From Phyllobates terribilis (Eukaryota): a DNA stretch of 64,000 nt. Where the stretch lies: assembly GCF_046119375.1 (NCBI RefSeq), contig NW_027362772.1, forward strand, positions 279,000,001 through 279,064,000, given 5' to 3'. The number at the start of each line of letters is the position of its first letter. Position 1 is the first letter of the stretch. The position numbers were made by a program, and so were the translations under genes. Of this stretch, positions 1 to 13,601 are shown piece after piece. The notes below the pieces were generated by a model. It saw nothing but the letters and a program-made list of their open reading frames with translations. It made no database searches and was not told the origin of the DNA.

Positions 1-692
1 GGAGTAGCCCCTCCCTGGTAACGTTGGATGGCATTTGTTTCCAGGGGCTGCAGTCCTTTTATAGCCATGTCCTTAAGATTGTCAAAGGTGGCATCTGGAT
101 GATCCAGGGACCACCAACGCACAGTCCTGCTCTCCTCTGGAGACCTCAGTCCCCGGACAAACTGTTCCTTCAGCATTTTGTTCTCTTTCTCAACGCTGGT
201 TGGACTAACCTGGTTCAAAGCCCGCAGGGCCCCTTGAAGACGCCAGGCGTAGTCCCGAACATTGTCCTCTGGTTGTTGGGAGCAGCTGTAGAACCTCATC
301 CGGAGGGACGCCTCAGTAAGGTCCTCAAAAACAGTCTGTAGTTTTTGGAATATTGCGGACACTGACTCCTGGTCTGCGGCCGACCATGTTTCCACTTCCT
401 GTTCCGCAGCACCAGTCAGTTGTCCTAATACAACGGCGGCTCTTTGTTTGCCGGTCATGGAGTACATGTCCAAGATACCACATATCTTCCGTTTGAATCC
501 AGACAGGGTATCTGGTTTGTCGTTCTACTGGGGGAGCCACTTTGCTCCAGGAATGTACGGTAGAGTCATGGGAATTACAGGTGTTATAGGCGCTGCCGGT
601 GGCGCTGCGGCTTCGGCCTGCTCATCATCGGGCGTGGGTTGAACTTCAGGGACGTTGACCGGTAGGTCGGCGTTCTGCTGTTCGTCGGACAT
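1..692 (-). pseudogene. Gypsy gag of element A, with an in-frame stop; truncated by the window edge
   Basis: Manual translation: MSDEQQNADLP...MTLPYIPGAKWLPQ*NDKPDTL...LGQLTGAAEQEVETW...RFYSCSQQPEDNVRDYAWRLQ. This aligns to MPYIPGAAWLPQYSGE...QLTGAAKREVKSW...RFYGCKQ...IRDYALNLQ of B/C. TAG replaces a Tyr codon at 525-527. Confidence 0.85.
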
Positions 693-1055
693 CTTGGCAC
701 CCCCCTAGTTAACCGTGGCCTACCTTCTGGTTTTTCTTCCGGTAGGCCGCAGCTCCGCAGGTGACGGTTATCTTCAGGACCTTGCGTCACTTGCGTCCTA
801 CGTCAGCGCGTTCAGCGACGCTCCTTACAGGACCTGGCGCTTGTTAGTTTGACGTCAAGGCGTGGGGCGTGTCCGAGGCTTCGCGCTCTTTTGCAGGTAC
901 GCCCCTTATTTTCCCACGGTTACGCCCTTCTTCTCGCTCAACAGCCCAACAATGGCGGCTATCTTCACCACAACTTTACGTACACAGTTCAGAATAAAGG
1001 CGCACAGTACCCGGTGGCAACGGGCACAACACTCTGTCGTTGCAGCGGGCACGCA

Positions 1056-1073
1056 ATCCTGTTCGTGACGCCA
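1056..1073 (-). promoter_or_regulatory. Primer binding site matching the 3' end of tRNA-Ser(CGA)
   Basis: TGGCGTCACGAACAGGAT is the complement of ...ATCCTGTTCGTGACG-CCA, the vertebrate tRNA-Ser-CGA 3' end as I recall it. It lies 7 nt from the LTR end. Confidence 0.8.
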
Positions 1074-2228
1074 GGAAAGATGACTAGCCCAGGGGAATGG
1101 GGATGACTCGGTACCCGGGCCTTTGCCTTGGGGGTGTCGCGGTGGTCGGCTCCCGGGCCCGTACCATGGGGTCCCTCTTTAAAAGCGTTAATAGGTATTT
1201 ATTTTATACAAGTTCGTGACGCCACCTGTGGTTTCTGGTGAGAATCACCAGTGCTGCGGCAGTCCACTGAGGCCGATGATAAGGCAGCTGGTTGGTATAG
1301 CTCCCCACAGGTGGAGCTAGGCCTCAGGGCAGCGTGCGGAGAGGGGATGCAGGACAGGCGAGACCCAGCCGGGTCAGAGCAAGAACAGGGACAGACACGA
1401 TAGTCACTTCAGTACCTTTTACTGGTGGAAATTCAGGCACATCCCGGAGCACTGTAGGGTGAAGGGTGCATATCAGGATCCTCCCCAAAGAGCAGGTGTT
1501 AGGCCTCCTGTTGCTTGCTTCTGCGTAGTAAGTTTCTGACCTGCCTGGAGCTAGGCCTAACTTTGTCTCTGTCCTGCGCTGGCTGACCTTGTGATAGGGC
1601 CTTTTCTTGGAATACACGCTCCCGACTTACGGGGCCTATGTGTCTCCTGGCTCTGGTACGTATCAGCACTTTAGCGATCCTGGGACTTGTAGTACTCCAG
1701 GGATTCCGGTTTATCTTACTGGGTCATGGAGATCCCGGTAAGCTTCGGACCCGGTGTCCGGTAACTGCTTCTTCGGGGTGAGCTAATTAAGCTCCTCTGC
1801 CCCCTATGAACTAACTCTCTACTCGCCTTCGGCCTACTCGGGCCCTCAATAGGCTACTCACACTAATGGCAGCGTGCCGCGCTTCACCGATCTTATGGCG
1901 CCGGCACACCTAAAGCTCACCTCTCTGAGCTACGACTCAACTGGGCTCAACTCTGTATTCAGGTTTGTACTTGCTGAACTCTCCAGAGGAACTGCTGAGT
2001 CACTGAGCTCCACTGCAGACTGACCTGCTTCTGTGTCTCACTCTGCAGGAACTCCTCAACTGACTGAGCTGCCTGGCTCCACCTTCCCTTATATATCCCT
2101 AACGGGCTCCCTCTGGTGGTCTGAGGTGGAAGGTGGAGATGTGTGAATGGTTATGGGGGCCTCTTGCGGAGGAATCCTTCAATACACCCTTCTAGGATCT
2201 GTGATACCAAGCGCAGCTGGGCATCACA

Positions 2229-2273
2229 CTTGGGCAAGTACCGAGCAGTGGCGAGCACGCTCGCTCATCACTA
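2229..2273. mobile_element. Terminus of a hAT-type non-autonomous element into which element A inserted
   Basis: Ends CGCTCATCACTA, matching the hAT termini at 6989 (TAGTGTTGAGC), 24986 (CGCTCATCTCTA) and 58209. Confidence 0.55.
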
Positions 2274-2693
2274 GTCGTTATCAGTCTCATGTTGTATATG
2301 GATGAAGAAGCCGCAGACTGGCTGCATTTTGCCATTGATGCATCCAGTTGAACAGAAAATAGTAGTGACTTCCAAGTATAAGTCGCCAGAAGAATGGACC
2401 GGTCACTTCTTTTAGCCGCTTCACAGCTTTCGAATCCTGAAGAGGTTGAAAGAAATTACAAAAGACAGAACACATGCACAGCAAATCGTTTTGAATTTGC
2501 CGCGCACAATGTTCATTTTTTGTAGCTTTTTTTAGAGCTTTTTTCAGGCGGGTTCCTTGTGGAATCCGCCTGACAAAAACTCTATATGCGCAACTGTAAC
2601 ATTTTTTTTGCTCTTTTTTACTTGGTAAAACTAGTGACTAAAGGGGACCACACCCAACAGATAAAGATCAGGCACTATGCAATTGATTGTAAA

Positions 2694-2726
<33 letters not shown>

Positions 2727-2789
2727 CTATTGTGTATATCTGACTGTTTAAATGCAACATTACATCGAGCCAGCATGCACCATGGATGG

Positions 2790-3790
2790 AATCAGATACC
2801 TATTTTTGCATACGTTGAAAAAAGAATACGGTTCCAAAAAAGTTCAACATTTCTCGATCAATTGTACAATATTTATCTCTAGGATAATTATAACCCTTTA
2901 TATGATTTGTAATGAGAAAAGCATCTATTCCTTTTATAAATGTTGGTATACCGTCTGCCATTACTACCTCTTGTGGTCAAGCACTCCACAGTCAGACTGC
3001 TGTAACTGTAAAGAACCCTTTCTTATATATGTGGTTAAATTGCCTTTTTTTTTCCAAATGTAATGAATGTCCCCTGGTCCTTTGTAAGGTGCTTGGCAGG
3101 AATAAATCAGGTGTCAGTGCTTTGTATGTTTATTCATGGAAATGAGCCTTTTTCTAAACTGAGCAGACCCAATTTTTCTCACCTTCCATCCCATGTAATA
3201 ATCTGGTTGCTGACTCCTAATATCCTTTTAACAATATAAACCTCAAAAATGGATCCTGTATGCAATTGTGGCCTTGCACAACAGTTTTTATTACTTCTTT
3301 TAAACACCCTAAAATTCTGTTTGCTTTTGCAGCTGATGCCTGACATTGAATACTACTACTTAGCTTAATTGTAACCAAAATACCCAAGTCCTTCTCCTGT
3401 TTGGTAATTCAGTGGATTTCTTTCAGGCAGCTGCTGTAGTCACATAGTACCACATTTAAAAAGACTGATATTTTATACGCCAGTCTAAAATTAAGGATTT
3501 TTAGAACAATTGGAACCAAATCTGTGCATTTTTTTGTACCTTTCTAAGGCAAAAATGCAGCAAAAACTGGAGTAAATGTTGGCATTACTATTAGATAGGA
3601 CATGCTGAATGATTTTACATATGATATGAGAATTCTCAGTGCGTTAAGCATTTTGGTCTGGAGTCCATGCTTTTCTAAACTTAAAACTGGGATTTGCCAG
3701 GGGTAAACTCCCCGGTAAATAGCATTATGGCTCTTAGAAGAAGAGATAATTCTCACTACATAAGACAGAATTTTTACAGTCGTTTAATGT
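2790..3790 (-). mobile_element. Degenerate CR1-type LINE 3' fragment (approximate bounds)
   Basis: The minus strand at ~2800-2870 reads GATCGAGAAATGTTGAACTT...TTTTTCAACG, resembling the CR1 3' hairpin end. A similar terminus occurs at 39720-39785. No intact ORF. Confidence 0.45.
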
Positions 3791-5312
3791 TTAAGTCAGA
3801 AAATCTATACTTTTTAATTGGAAACCTCCAAAGGTCTCCTCTGTTCAACTCTGGTCAGCACCAGTGGAAATGTCTTTTCTTACTAATGTAAACATTGATA
3901 TACTGTATGTAGCTACAGGAACTCCAGAAAGATTCCTTAAAATAAAGGACCAATGTTCTTGCAGGCCAGGCTGTGTATATAGCATAGCGTGAGATTCAGT
4001 TGAAGGAGAAGTCTGAACTTTTTAAAATTCCTTAATTTTATTTTTTACAAATTTAGGGTTACAGAGAGCATGGAAGACAACTTAAATACAATGTATAAAA
4101 AGAAGCTTCAAAATGTTAGTAACTATACAATATTGTTTGCAACATTCTACAATTTTAATTGTTAGCGTTCTGGGCAAGGCAAGTTTTGTACCCTTGAGTT
4201 CTACTTTAAAATAAATAATGCCCTTTAGAAAGTATTAATGCACCCTTAGTGCCCTCTTAAAAAAGTAAAGATGCCCACTATAAAAGAGGGCAGGGTCCCC
4301 TTCTCATCGTCAAAAAAGGGCTCTCCAGCATGTGGTGCACTGCAATGACATCATCTCACCAGCTCTTGCTCCACACATACTATGCCACTTGCCTCTCCCA
4401 AATTACCCTCTAGATGGGACTTACAAGTAAAAAGGGTGTTCTGGTGCTAAAATTTATATTAATCAAAAAACTCTTTTCTAATATAATTCAATTAAAAAGT
4501 TCCTACTGTTCCCTCACTATACTATCTAATTGCTTTGTTTTATTTATTTTTTTAATCTATTCCTAGTTCCTGTTTGATGACTGTGACAATACACCATTTA
4601 ATCTTAATTATGCCAGATGTATTGTTCAGTAGGTCAAGGAAGATGAGCCATCGTTCATATGAGCCTGTACATTGACTTTTGTTGTATCTATGGAATGATT
4701 GCTAATTAGGTATTGTATCTGTTCCCTGCTGTTTTCTAGTCTACAGACCTTGGAGGACAAGTACTCAGGTTAATTGAACAATCAATGTTTGTTAATTTGT
4801 TGAATGCCTGCTGATTACATATTGTATCAGCCACCGAAGTTTACTAGTCTATAGACCATATATGCAGGTTAATTTAACAATAGAACAATGAGGGTGTACC
4901 TTCACCCACCTACCCCCAATGTTTTGGAAGAATGCCCTGAATAACAGCCTGTGAAATATAAAAGGGGGCTGCCTCTGTTTCCAGAGACACTACAAGACAT
5001 CATGTAAGGAACCATGGCTCCAACTAGTGGAATATAGACCTTCTCCACTACCCATCACTGAACTCATGAAGATGTTTGGAGAACCCAGCTTGGGACAATC
5101 AAGTCACCTGGCCACATACACTGTAACACTGAGTATATAGATATGAAATATGAATAGCATAACTGCTGTAGAAAATAGAAATAAATGAAAAAAAATTTTG
5201 AAATTTTTTTTTTTTTTTTAGCGCATGTAAATATGAAGTATGGAAAATGAATAGCATTACTGCTGTAAATAAATGAGAAATCTTAGCGCATAAATTGGCC
5301 AATTCATGTGTA

Positions 5313-6882
5313 CAGTCATGGCCAAAAGTATTGAGAATGAGACAAATAGTAATTTTTCCAAAGTTTACTGCTTCATTTTTTGTAATGGCAATTTGCATAT
5401 ACTCCTGAATGTCAAAGAGTGATCAGCTTAACAGCAATTACTGTACTTGCAAAGTCAATATTTGCCCAGAAAATGAACTTTAACCCCCAAAACACATTTC
5501 AACATCATTGCAGTCCTGCCTTAAAAGGAGCAGCTAACATGGTTTTAGTAATTGATCCATTAACACAGGTGTGGGTGTTGATGAGGACAGGGCTGGCGTT
5601 CAATCAGTCATGATTAAGTAAGAATGACATCACTGGACACTTTAAAAGGAGGCTGGTTCTTGATATCATTGTTTCTCTTCAGTTAACCATGGTTATCTCT
5701 AAAGAAACAAGTGCAGCCATCGTTGCACTGCACAAAAATGGCCTAACAGGGAAGAGTATCGCAGCTACAAAGATTGCACCTCAGTCAACAATCTATCGCA
5801 TCATCAAGAACTTCAAGGAGAGAGCTTCCATTGTTGTCAAAAAGGCTCCAGGGCGCCCAAGAAAGACCAGCAAGCGCCAGGACCGTATCTTAAAACTGTT
5901 TCAGCTGCGGGATGGGACTACCAGCAGTGCCGAGCTTGCTCAGGAATGGCATCAGGCTGGTGTGAGTGCTTCTGCACGCACTGTGAGGCGGAGACTCTTT
6001 GAGCAAGGGCTGGTTTCAAGGAGGTCAGCAAAGAAGCCACTTCTCTCCAGAAAAAACATCAGGGACCGACTGATATTCTGCAAAAGGTACAGGGAGTGGA
6101 CTGCTGAGGACTGGGGCAAAGTCATTTTCTCTGATGAATCCCCTTTTCGATTGTTTGGGACATCTGGAAAACAGCTTATTCGGAGAAGAAGAGGTGAGCG
6201 CTACCACCAGTCTTGTCTCATGCCAACTGTAAAGCATCCTGAAACCATTCATGTGTGGGGTTGCTTCTCAGCCAAGGGAATCGGCTCACTCACAGTCTTG
6301 CCTAAAAACACAGCCATGAATAAAGAATGGTACCAGAATGTCCTCCAAGACCAACTTCTCCCAACCGTCCAAGAGCAGTTTGGCGCCCAACAATGCCTTT
6401 TCCAGCATGATGGAGCACCTTGCCATAAAGCAAAGGTGATAACTAAATGGCTCATGGAACAAAACATAGAGATTTTGGGTCCATGGCCTGGAAACTCCCC
6501 AGATCTTAATCCCATTGAGAACTTGTGGTCAATCATCAAGAGACGGGTGGACAAACAAAAACCAACAAATTCTGGCAAAATGCAAGCATTGATTATGCAA
6601 GAATGGACTGCTATCAGTCAGGATTTGGTCCAAAAGTAGATTGAGAGCATGCCAGGGAGAATTACAGAGGTCTTGAAGAAGAAGGGGCAACACTGCAAAT
6701 ATTGACTTGCTGCATTAACTCATTCTAACTGTCAATATAACCTATTGGTACTCATAATATGATTGCAATTATATTTCTGTATGTGATATAAACATCAGAC
6801 AAACACTAATAAAAACCAGAGGCCAGCAGATCATGGGAAAATATCATTTTGGTGTCATTCTCAAAACTTTTGGCCATGACTG
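5313..6882 (+). mobile_element. Tc1/mariner DNA transposon, DD35E (Traveler-type)
   Basis: TA target duplication at 5311-5312 and 6883-6884. TIRs CAGTCATGGCCAAAAGT.../...ACTTTTGGCCATGACTG. Contains a transposase ORF. Confidence 0.92.
5689..6639 (+). pseudogene. Tc1-family transposase, 316 aa, ended by a premature TAG about 22 codons before the natural end
   Basis: HTH region, then FSDES, QHDGAP and NSPDLNPIEN. There are 35 residues between the second D and the E. The frame continues IESMPGRITEVLKKKGQHCKY after the TAG at 6637-6639. Confidence 0.9.
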
Positions 6883-8120
6883 TACCTGACAGCTGCGGTA
6901 AGTCGTTTCTCGATGTCAGGACCTACCAATTTGAATACCTCTCTAAGAGACCTCCGTCTGTTTATGTGTGGGAAAGACAGATCCTGATTAGTGTTGAGCC
7001 ACCCCCGTAGTGTTCGAGTTCGGTTCGGTTCCTCGAACACCCGTGTGTTCGCCGAACTGTTCGTCGAACACCTTCGAACACCGTTAAAACCAATGGCAGG
7101 CAAACAAAAACACATAGAAACACATAGAAAACACCTTCAAAGGTGTCCAAAAGCTGACAAACTGCTCAGAAGACATAACTAACACATGGAAAAGTGACAA
7201 GTACATATAGTCATGCGAAAATAAAAGAGGTGGAGGAGTAAAAGGAGGGGGAGACACAGATATAGGCATGTCATGCCCTTCTAAAATCCAAAAAGTGAGA
7301 AGCCGACACGGCCAGTCCGTTCCTGCCCGTGCCACCTCCGTGTCGCCGGGTTTGTGCCAGAGCCGCGGTGGACCCTGACGGCCAGCCCCCCTCTCCTAAT
7401 ACTGGTGCCTGTCCGCTGGTGGGTCGAGCCCCCCGCGGTGGGGGGGGAGTAACATCTGCAGAAGAAAGACCATCTTCCAGCCAAACTAACATGTCGACTT
7501 CTTTTCGTGGACAATGTGATACGATCCCTTTGTTACGGACACGCCCATCGCTACAAATTCCAGATGAGGCACAAAAACAGCAGGTGCTTCAGCGGATATC
7601 AAGTGCTCCTTCAAGTGGGCTCTCCTCCACCTCAACTTCAACATCACAAATACTCCAGTCCTCAGAGGTGTCACCCCAATCGCACTTGCTTCCTCACAGC
7701 TCCCAAGTCTCCAGCTGCCCGTCTGAGTATGGGGTAACACAGATGGTTGAGTCTGCACAGCTGTTTACTCATACTATAGCTTGGGAAACAGAGGTCTGCT
7801 CCAGAGCTTCTGTTAATCCAGACGAGGAAATGATCTGCACTGATGCCCAGAATCTTTATAAGTCGGATCCAGGACCAGATGAAGAAGGTTCTGAGCATAA
7901 TGTAGACCCTCGTTCCCAAACTGTAACTCCTGTTGGTGGAGACAATGATGAAGACGATGATGAGACTCAAATACCTGATTGGAGCGACAACTTGACTTTT
8001 CGGTCAGGGCAGGAAGAGGTTGGCTTTGAGGACGAGGGGTGTGATAACACACAGGGTGATGATGACAAGGTTGGAGATCCCACTTACTGTCAACCCACAG
8101 TCAGCCAGTCGATGAGGTCA

Positions 8121-9222
8121 CCCGGGCCTTTGCCTGGCCTTTGGGATGTCGCGGTGGTCGGCTCCCTGGCCCGTACCCTGGGGTCACTCTTTAAAAGGGT
8201 GGATAATTGTTAATTTTATAAGAGTTTGTGACACCACCTGTGGTATCTGGTGAGAAGCAGCAGTCCACTGAGGCCCGTGATAAGGCAGCTCGATGGTATA
8301 GCTCCCCACAGGTGGAGCTAGGTCTCAGGGCAGCGTATGCAGGGGGAATGCAGGACAGGCGAGACCCAGCTGGGTCAGAGCAAGAACGGAAACGGACACG
8401 ATAGTCACTTCAGTACCTTTTACTGGAGGAAATTCAGGCACATCCTGGAGCACTGTAGTGTGAAGGGTGCATATCAGGATCCTCCCCAATGAGCGGGTGT
8501 AGGGCCTCCTGTTTCTTGCCTCTGCGCAGTAAGTTTCTGACCTGCCTGGAGCTAGGCCTAACTTTGTCTCTGTCCTGCGCTGGCTGACCTTGTGGTAGGG
8601 CCTTCTCTTGAAGTTCACGCTCCCAGTATGCGGGGCCTAAGCGTCTCCTGGCTCTGTTACGTATCAGCACCTTAGCGATCCTGGGACTTGTAGTTCTCCA
8701 GGGATTCCGGTTATGCCTTACTGGGTCATAGAGATCCCGGTAAGCTCGGATCCGGTGTCCGGTAAATGCTTCGGGGTGAGCTGGTTAAGCTCCTCTGCCC
8801 CTTATGTACTAACTCGCCACTCGCCTTCGGCCTACTCGGGCCCTCAATAGGCTATACACACTAACGGCAGCTTGCCGCGCTTCACCGATCTTATGACGCC
8901 GGCACACCTTAAGCTCTATCTGGGCTTCCTGAATCTAGCTAGCAGGAGCCTCGTGCTCCACTGCTGAACTATTAACTGAGTTCTCTAGACTAGACTGAGC
9001 TCCACTGCAGACTGACCTCTCTTAGGATTCTCTACTGCAGGAACTCTTCAGAGGAACTGAACTGCCTAGCTCCACCTTCCCTATTTATATCCCTAACGGG
9101 CTCCCTCTGCTGGTCTGAGGTGGAAGGTGGAGATGTGTGAATGTTTATGGGGGCCTCTTGTGGAGGATTCCATCAATACACTCTTCTAGGATCTGTGATA
9201 CCAAGCGCAGCGGGGCGTCACA
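8121..9222 (-). mobile_element. Solo LTR of family A, missing ~35 nt of its 3' (U5) end plus some flanking transposase sequence
   Basis: Colinear and highly similar to 1115-2228. It interrupts the hAT ORF. No TSD is visible because the left junction is deleted. Confidence 0.85.
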
Positions 9223-10951
9223 GATGCTATTGACGACGAGGTTAGGTTGCGCCTTCCTGGACAGAGACGGAGTACTGGAAGCACGTCAACAACTGCATCC
9301 TCAACCACAACTCCGCCTCTGACCACAAGTCGTAGTGGCTCTTCAGGTCGCATGGGCTCTAAGCCTTGCATAGCCTGGGCATTTATTCAGATCGATAAGG
9401 ATGACCCAACTCGTGTTATCTGTAATATTTGTCACCAAAAGCTAAGTAGAGGCCAAAAAATCCATAGTTTGAGTACTTCATGCATGTACCGTCAAATGGA
9501 TATGAAGTATAAGTTGCAGTGGGAAGCTCACTGTGCTACAATGCGGCCTAGCAGGCTGGGCCAACCACCGTCTGCCCCATCTTGTGCATCCGCGGCCTCT
9601 TCATCCTCTGTGACTGGGGGGACAGCAGTCACACATGTTTTTGGACGCAGACCTGCCACCTCTTTACCTGCAACAGCCAGTGTGATTGGCAGGTCGTCAG
9701 TTCATTGGGAAGTGGAAACACCTGCTGGTGTTGAGAGCTCTCTGACATCGAGAGCACCACCTTTGGATCAAGGCAACCTAACATGTCCGCCTGCATCTTC
9801 CTCACAGACCGGCAGTTTGCCAGGGACACCCTACTCAACCCCGTCAAAGCACAACAGCCAGCCCTCGGTCCCTCAGATGTGGACAAGTAAAAGACCATTT
9901 CCTCCTAGCCATGAGAAAGCTAAGAGGTTGAATTTCACCATCTGCAAGCTGTTGGCTACAGAAATGCTGCCTTTCCGCCTGGAGGACACAGTGGATTTTT
10001 GAGACCTTATGTCCGTCGCAGTGCCCCAGTACCAGATGCCCAGTCGGCACTACTTCTCAAAGAAAGGTGTGCCTGCGCTCCACCAGCATGTCGCACACAA
10101 TATCATCGCTTCTTTGAGAAACTCTGTGTGTGACAGGGTGCATTTCACCACAGACACTTGGACGAGTAGGCATGGACAGGGGCGTTACATGTCGCTGACA
10201 GGGCACTGGGTAACTATGGTGACAGCAGGACAAGGGGCTGCTGTCCAAGTCTTGCCGTCCCCACGAGTTGTACGTCAATCCTCTTTATCTAGAAGTTCCT
10301 CCACTGCTTCTGCCTCCTCAACCTCCTCTCGGTCCTCCACCTGCACCCAAAGCCTGTCTGGTAATGCCACCTGCTTTCTAACTGCGCACCTCCTTACTAT
10401 GCTGGCAGCAGGGCTCAACGGCATCAGTGTTTACTTTGAAATGTCTGGGAAATGTGAGTCACACAGCTGAGGACTTGTGGTCAGCTCTGGAGACCCAGTT
10501 TCATGAATGGTTGTCTCCACTGGACCTGCAACCAGGGAAGGCCGTGTGCGACAATGCTGCAAACCTGGGTGCGGCCCTTCGCCGGGGCAATGTTACACAC
10601 GTGCCTTGTATGGCTCACGTGTTGAACCTGGTTGTCCATAAATTTTTAGCCCACTATCCCGGACTAGATGGCCTTCTGCAGAGGGCACGGTCGCTGTGTG
10701 CTCACTTCCGCCGTTCGCATCCCGCAGCTCAACGACTTACATCTCTACAGAAGTCGTTGGGCCTGCCAGTTCACCAGCTGAAATGCGATGTGCCGACACG
10801 GTGGAATTCAACTCTGCACATGTTGCAGCGACTGTGGCAGCACCGACAAGCCCTGGTGCAATAGTTTCTGACGTATAGCCTGGGCCAACGAGATCCAGAG
10901 GTGGGGCAAATCACACATCAGGAGTGGTCTCAGATTAGGGACCTATGAAGT

Positions 10952-12135
10952 TGACGCGCCCCCTGGGCCGTGGGGTACCCGGAGCCGGGCCGGTAGACGC
11001 TGGCGGTTGTAGTCACTGTGGCGGTGACCCGGTCCGTGACCCAGGGCGGTCAATCCAACGGTAATTTGTATATATGGATTTTATAATGTCCGACTACGCC
11101 ACCTGTGGAGTGCGGCCAAAGGGGCCGCCGCTGCGGAACAGTCCTCTGAAGCTGGTGGTTTTGCTGCAATGGTATTATTACTCACCACAGGAAGAGTGTA
11201 GCTTCAGGGCAGTGTGGGTGGATGATGGTGGTTGTAGTGCAGGGAGTCAGTAATGAACACAGAGTCCGTGTGATGCAGTCCCAAGATCTTTACTCACAGT
11301 TGTTGCAGTCCAGATTACAGGTACCAGAGCTATCTCACCCGTCGTGCTGTGCGTACTCAGTGAGGGGCTCAGTCCACCCCCAGATAGCTCCGGAGTACTT
11401 AGCAGGACCCCCTTCTGTGTGTCCTTTCTCTGGCCTTCTCCCTGCACCTCACACCCAGTGACACTTCTATCCGGTATCCTCGGGCCTTGGCGGGCGACTT
11501 GTGTTCCGTCCCCTGGGTCCTATGTGGCTACCTTCTTAGTGAGACTGGTGTGGACTTTTGCCTGCAGTACATGAAATGCTGCAGCCTCCGGTTTCTAGTT
11601 GAGCCTTGCTGTTTCTCCTCTAGTTGAGGGACCGGTTCCCCTTATCTGGCCTGACCTCTCTACCTCCTGGTAGCAGCGGGAGTACAGGTGGCCTTCTGCA
11701 CGGCCCGTAGCCCTAGGGTCCCTTCGGTTCCTGGAGCCTTCCTGCTCCCACTCCTCTCTTCTCTCCTTCAGTCCTGGGCCTCCCAGGCTAGGCCCGCCTC
11801 CGGAGCAGAGCTCATGCCGAGCCTCTGCTCCTGTCACTTTTCCTCCTCTGACTGGCTTGCTCTTTCTAAGATGGCTTCCTATTTATACTCTCCCTGTCAT
11901 GTGCTCCCCTAAGCTGCTCCCCTAAGCACCCACTACATAGGATCCTCCCACCAGCTAGGGACCTGGGACTGTGCTCTCCCTTAGGAGCAATCTCGCCCTA
12001 ACCCCACTGCGGGTATGTGTTGGATGCAGGTGTTAGGGTCCCGAGCCATACGCCTTCCTTACCTGAGGGTGAGATACCACACCTCTGGGTGAGATGCAGT
12101 AACTCTGTGGTGACTGCACCCTCAGGGGCGCCACA
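10952..12135 (-). mobile_element. Solo LTR of the tRNA-Ser Gypsy clade inside the hAT transposase; no TSD
   Basis: TGACGCG...GCGCCACA termini and an internal CCGACTACGCCA motif. Removing it together with the adjacent AAGT restores the frame EWSQIRDLCTFLHSFEMAT. Confidence 0.85.
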
Positions 12136-13385
12136 CACCTTTCTGCACAGTTTTGAAATGGCGACGAAGATGTTTAGTGCTGACGACGATGCCATTATCA
12201 CCATAACTATTCCGGTGATTTACATGCTGGAGCACACATTAAACAGAATTCAGAGTCAGGTGGTCGGACAAGAGGAGGTGGAGGAAGTAGAGGAGGAGTC
12301 GTATGCGGAAGGGATAACATCTCCAAGGTCCAGACGGTTGGCAGCACCAAGGAGGCAGGCATGGGAGGGTGGGGGAGAGGGATTAAACAGGGCGCATGGT
12401 AGCAGCCAAACTGTTGAGGAAGGTGCAGGAGCCGAGGAAGAAGTGGAGGATGAACTGGCGATGGGCATGGAAGACTCATCAGATGAGGGAGACCTTGATC
12501 ACATTTCTGTTGTGTGAGGTTGGGGGGAGAGGGCAGAGGAAAGAAGCATGATTCTTACCTCGCTACCAACACAACAAGGACTTGGTCCTCCTGGATGCGC
12601 AAGACACATGAGTGCCTTCTTGCTGCACTACCTGCAACATGACCCTCAGATTGCAGAATTCGAAGTAATCTCGACTACTGGGTTGCCACACTCTTAGATC
12701 CCCGGTACAAAAGTAAATTTGCCGAAATAATTCCTGCCATAAAAAGGGATTGACGCATGGAGGAGTATCTGCAGACGCTGTTGCAGAATCTTACATGTGC
12801 TTTTCCACAAAACACCAGTGGTGCACGAAGTGAATCTCACAGTTCTAACTTGCCAACCGCGGGACTGTCGAGTCTTCATCACTCAAACCGTAACAGTAAC
12901 ACAGTATCTGCTGGTAACAGCAATTTTGTGAAATCGTTTCACCACTTTTTTAGACCATCCTTTGCAAGGCCACAGGAGACAAGAAGTCTGACACATAGTC
13001 AATGCCTAGAGAGGATGGTGCAGGAGTATCTCCAAGTGAACATCGAAGCCATGACTGTGTCACTGGACCCTTGCTCATTTTGGTATTCCAATCTGGAAAA
13101 ATGGCCGGAGCTCGCCACTCACGCCTTGGAGATCTTGTCATGCCCTGCAGCCAGTGTTCTCTCTGAACGTGTGTTCAGCGCTGCTGATGGTGTGCTGACA
13201 GATAAGCGCACGCGGCTGTCCACTGAGAATGTAGACAGACTCACGTTCATAAAGATGAACAAATCATGGATTCGCAAGGACTTTTCTAATCCTGTGTTAT
13301 CCTTGGGAGGCTAAAAGCTTGAGGATTTGGTAATATCACCTCACCAACCGTTTTAAGCAACTGTGGGGCAATTGATGCCACTTAA

Positions 13386-13601
13386 CCCTAGAACGCATGA
13401 CCATAAAAATCTACACTTTCATATACCTGGGGCCTTTTAGTCCCGTGTGCAAATAACATTGAATAACTCAAACTCAAATGACAAACAACTATATACATGA
13501 AGAATACCTAGAGTTTCAAAATTCTAACTAAAGTAATCTTGCAGAAAATAGAAAACAATTAACAGGGCGGGACTGCGAGGCCCCAGGTATGCGTTCTAGG
13601 G
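13386..13601. mobile_element. piggyBac-type MITE, 216 bp
   Basis: TTAA at 13382-13385 and 13602-13605 flanks perfect 13-bp TIRs CCCTAGAACGCAT/ATGCGTTCTAGGG. Confidence 0.85.

Larger units (their letters stand above)
1..2228 (-). mobile_element. Gypsy LTR retrotransposon A (tRNA-Ser-primed clade), 5' part only: 5' LTR, PBS and gag; continues left of the window
   Basis: LTR 1081-2228 reads TGTGATG...AGTCA on the minus strand. PBS TGGCGTCACGAACAGGAT at 1056-1073. The gag frame is homologous to gag of elements B and C. Confidence 0.85.
7329..13314 (+). pseudogene. Fragmented hAT (ZBED-like) transposase
   Basis: BED finger AWAFI...VICNICHQKL (9247-10002), FTTDTWTS (10009-10470), CDNAANL...CMAHVLNLVV...TRWNST (10427-10864), and dimerisation domain WPEL...SCPAASVLSERVFS...KRTRL (12757-13314). 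Broken by frameshifts, stops and two LTR insertions. Confidence 0.9.
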
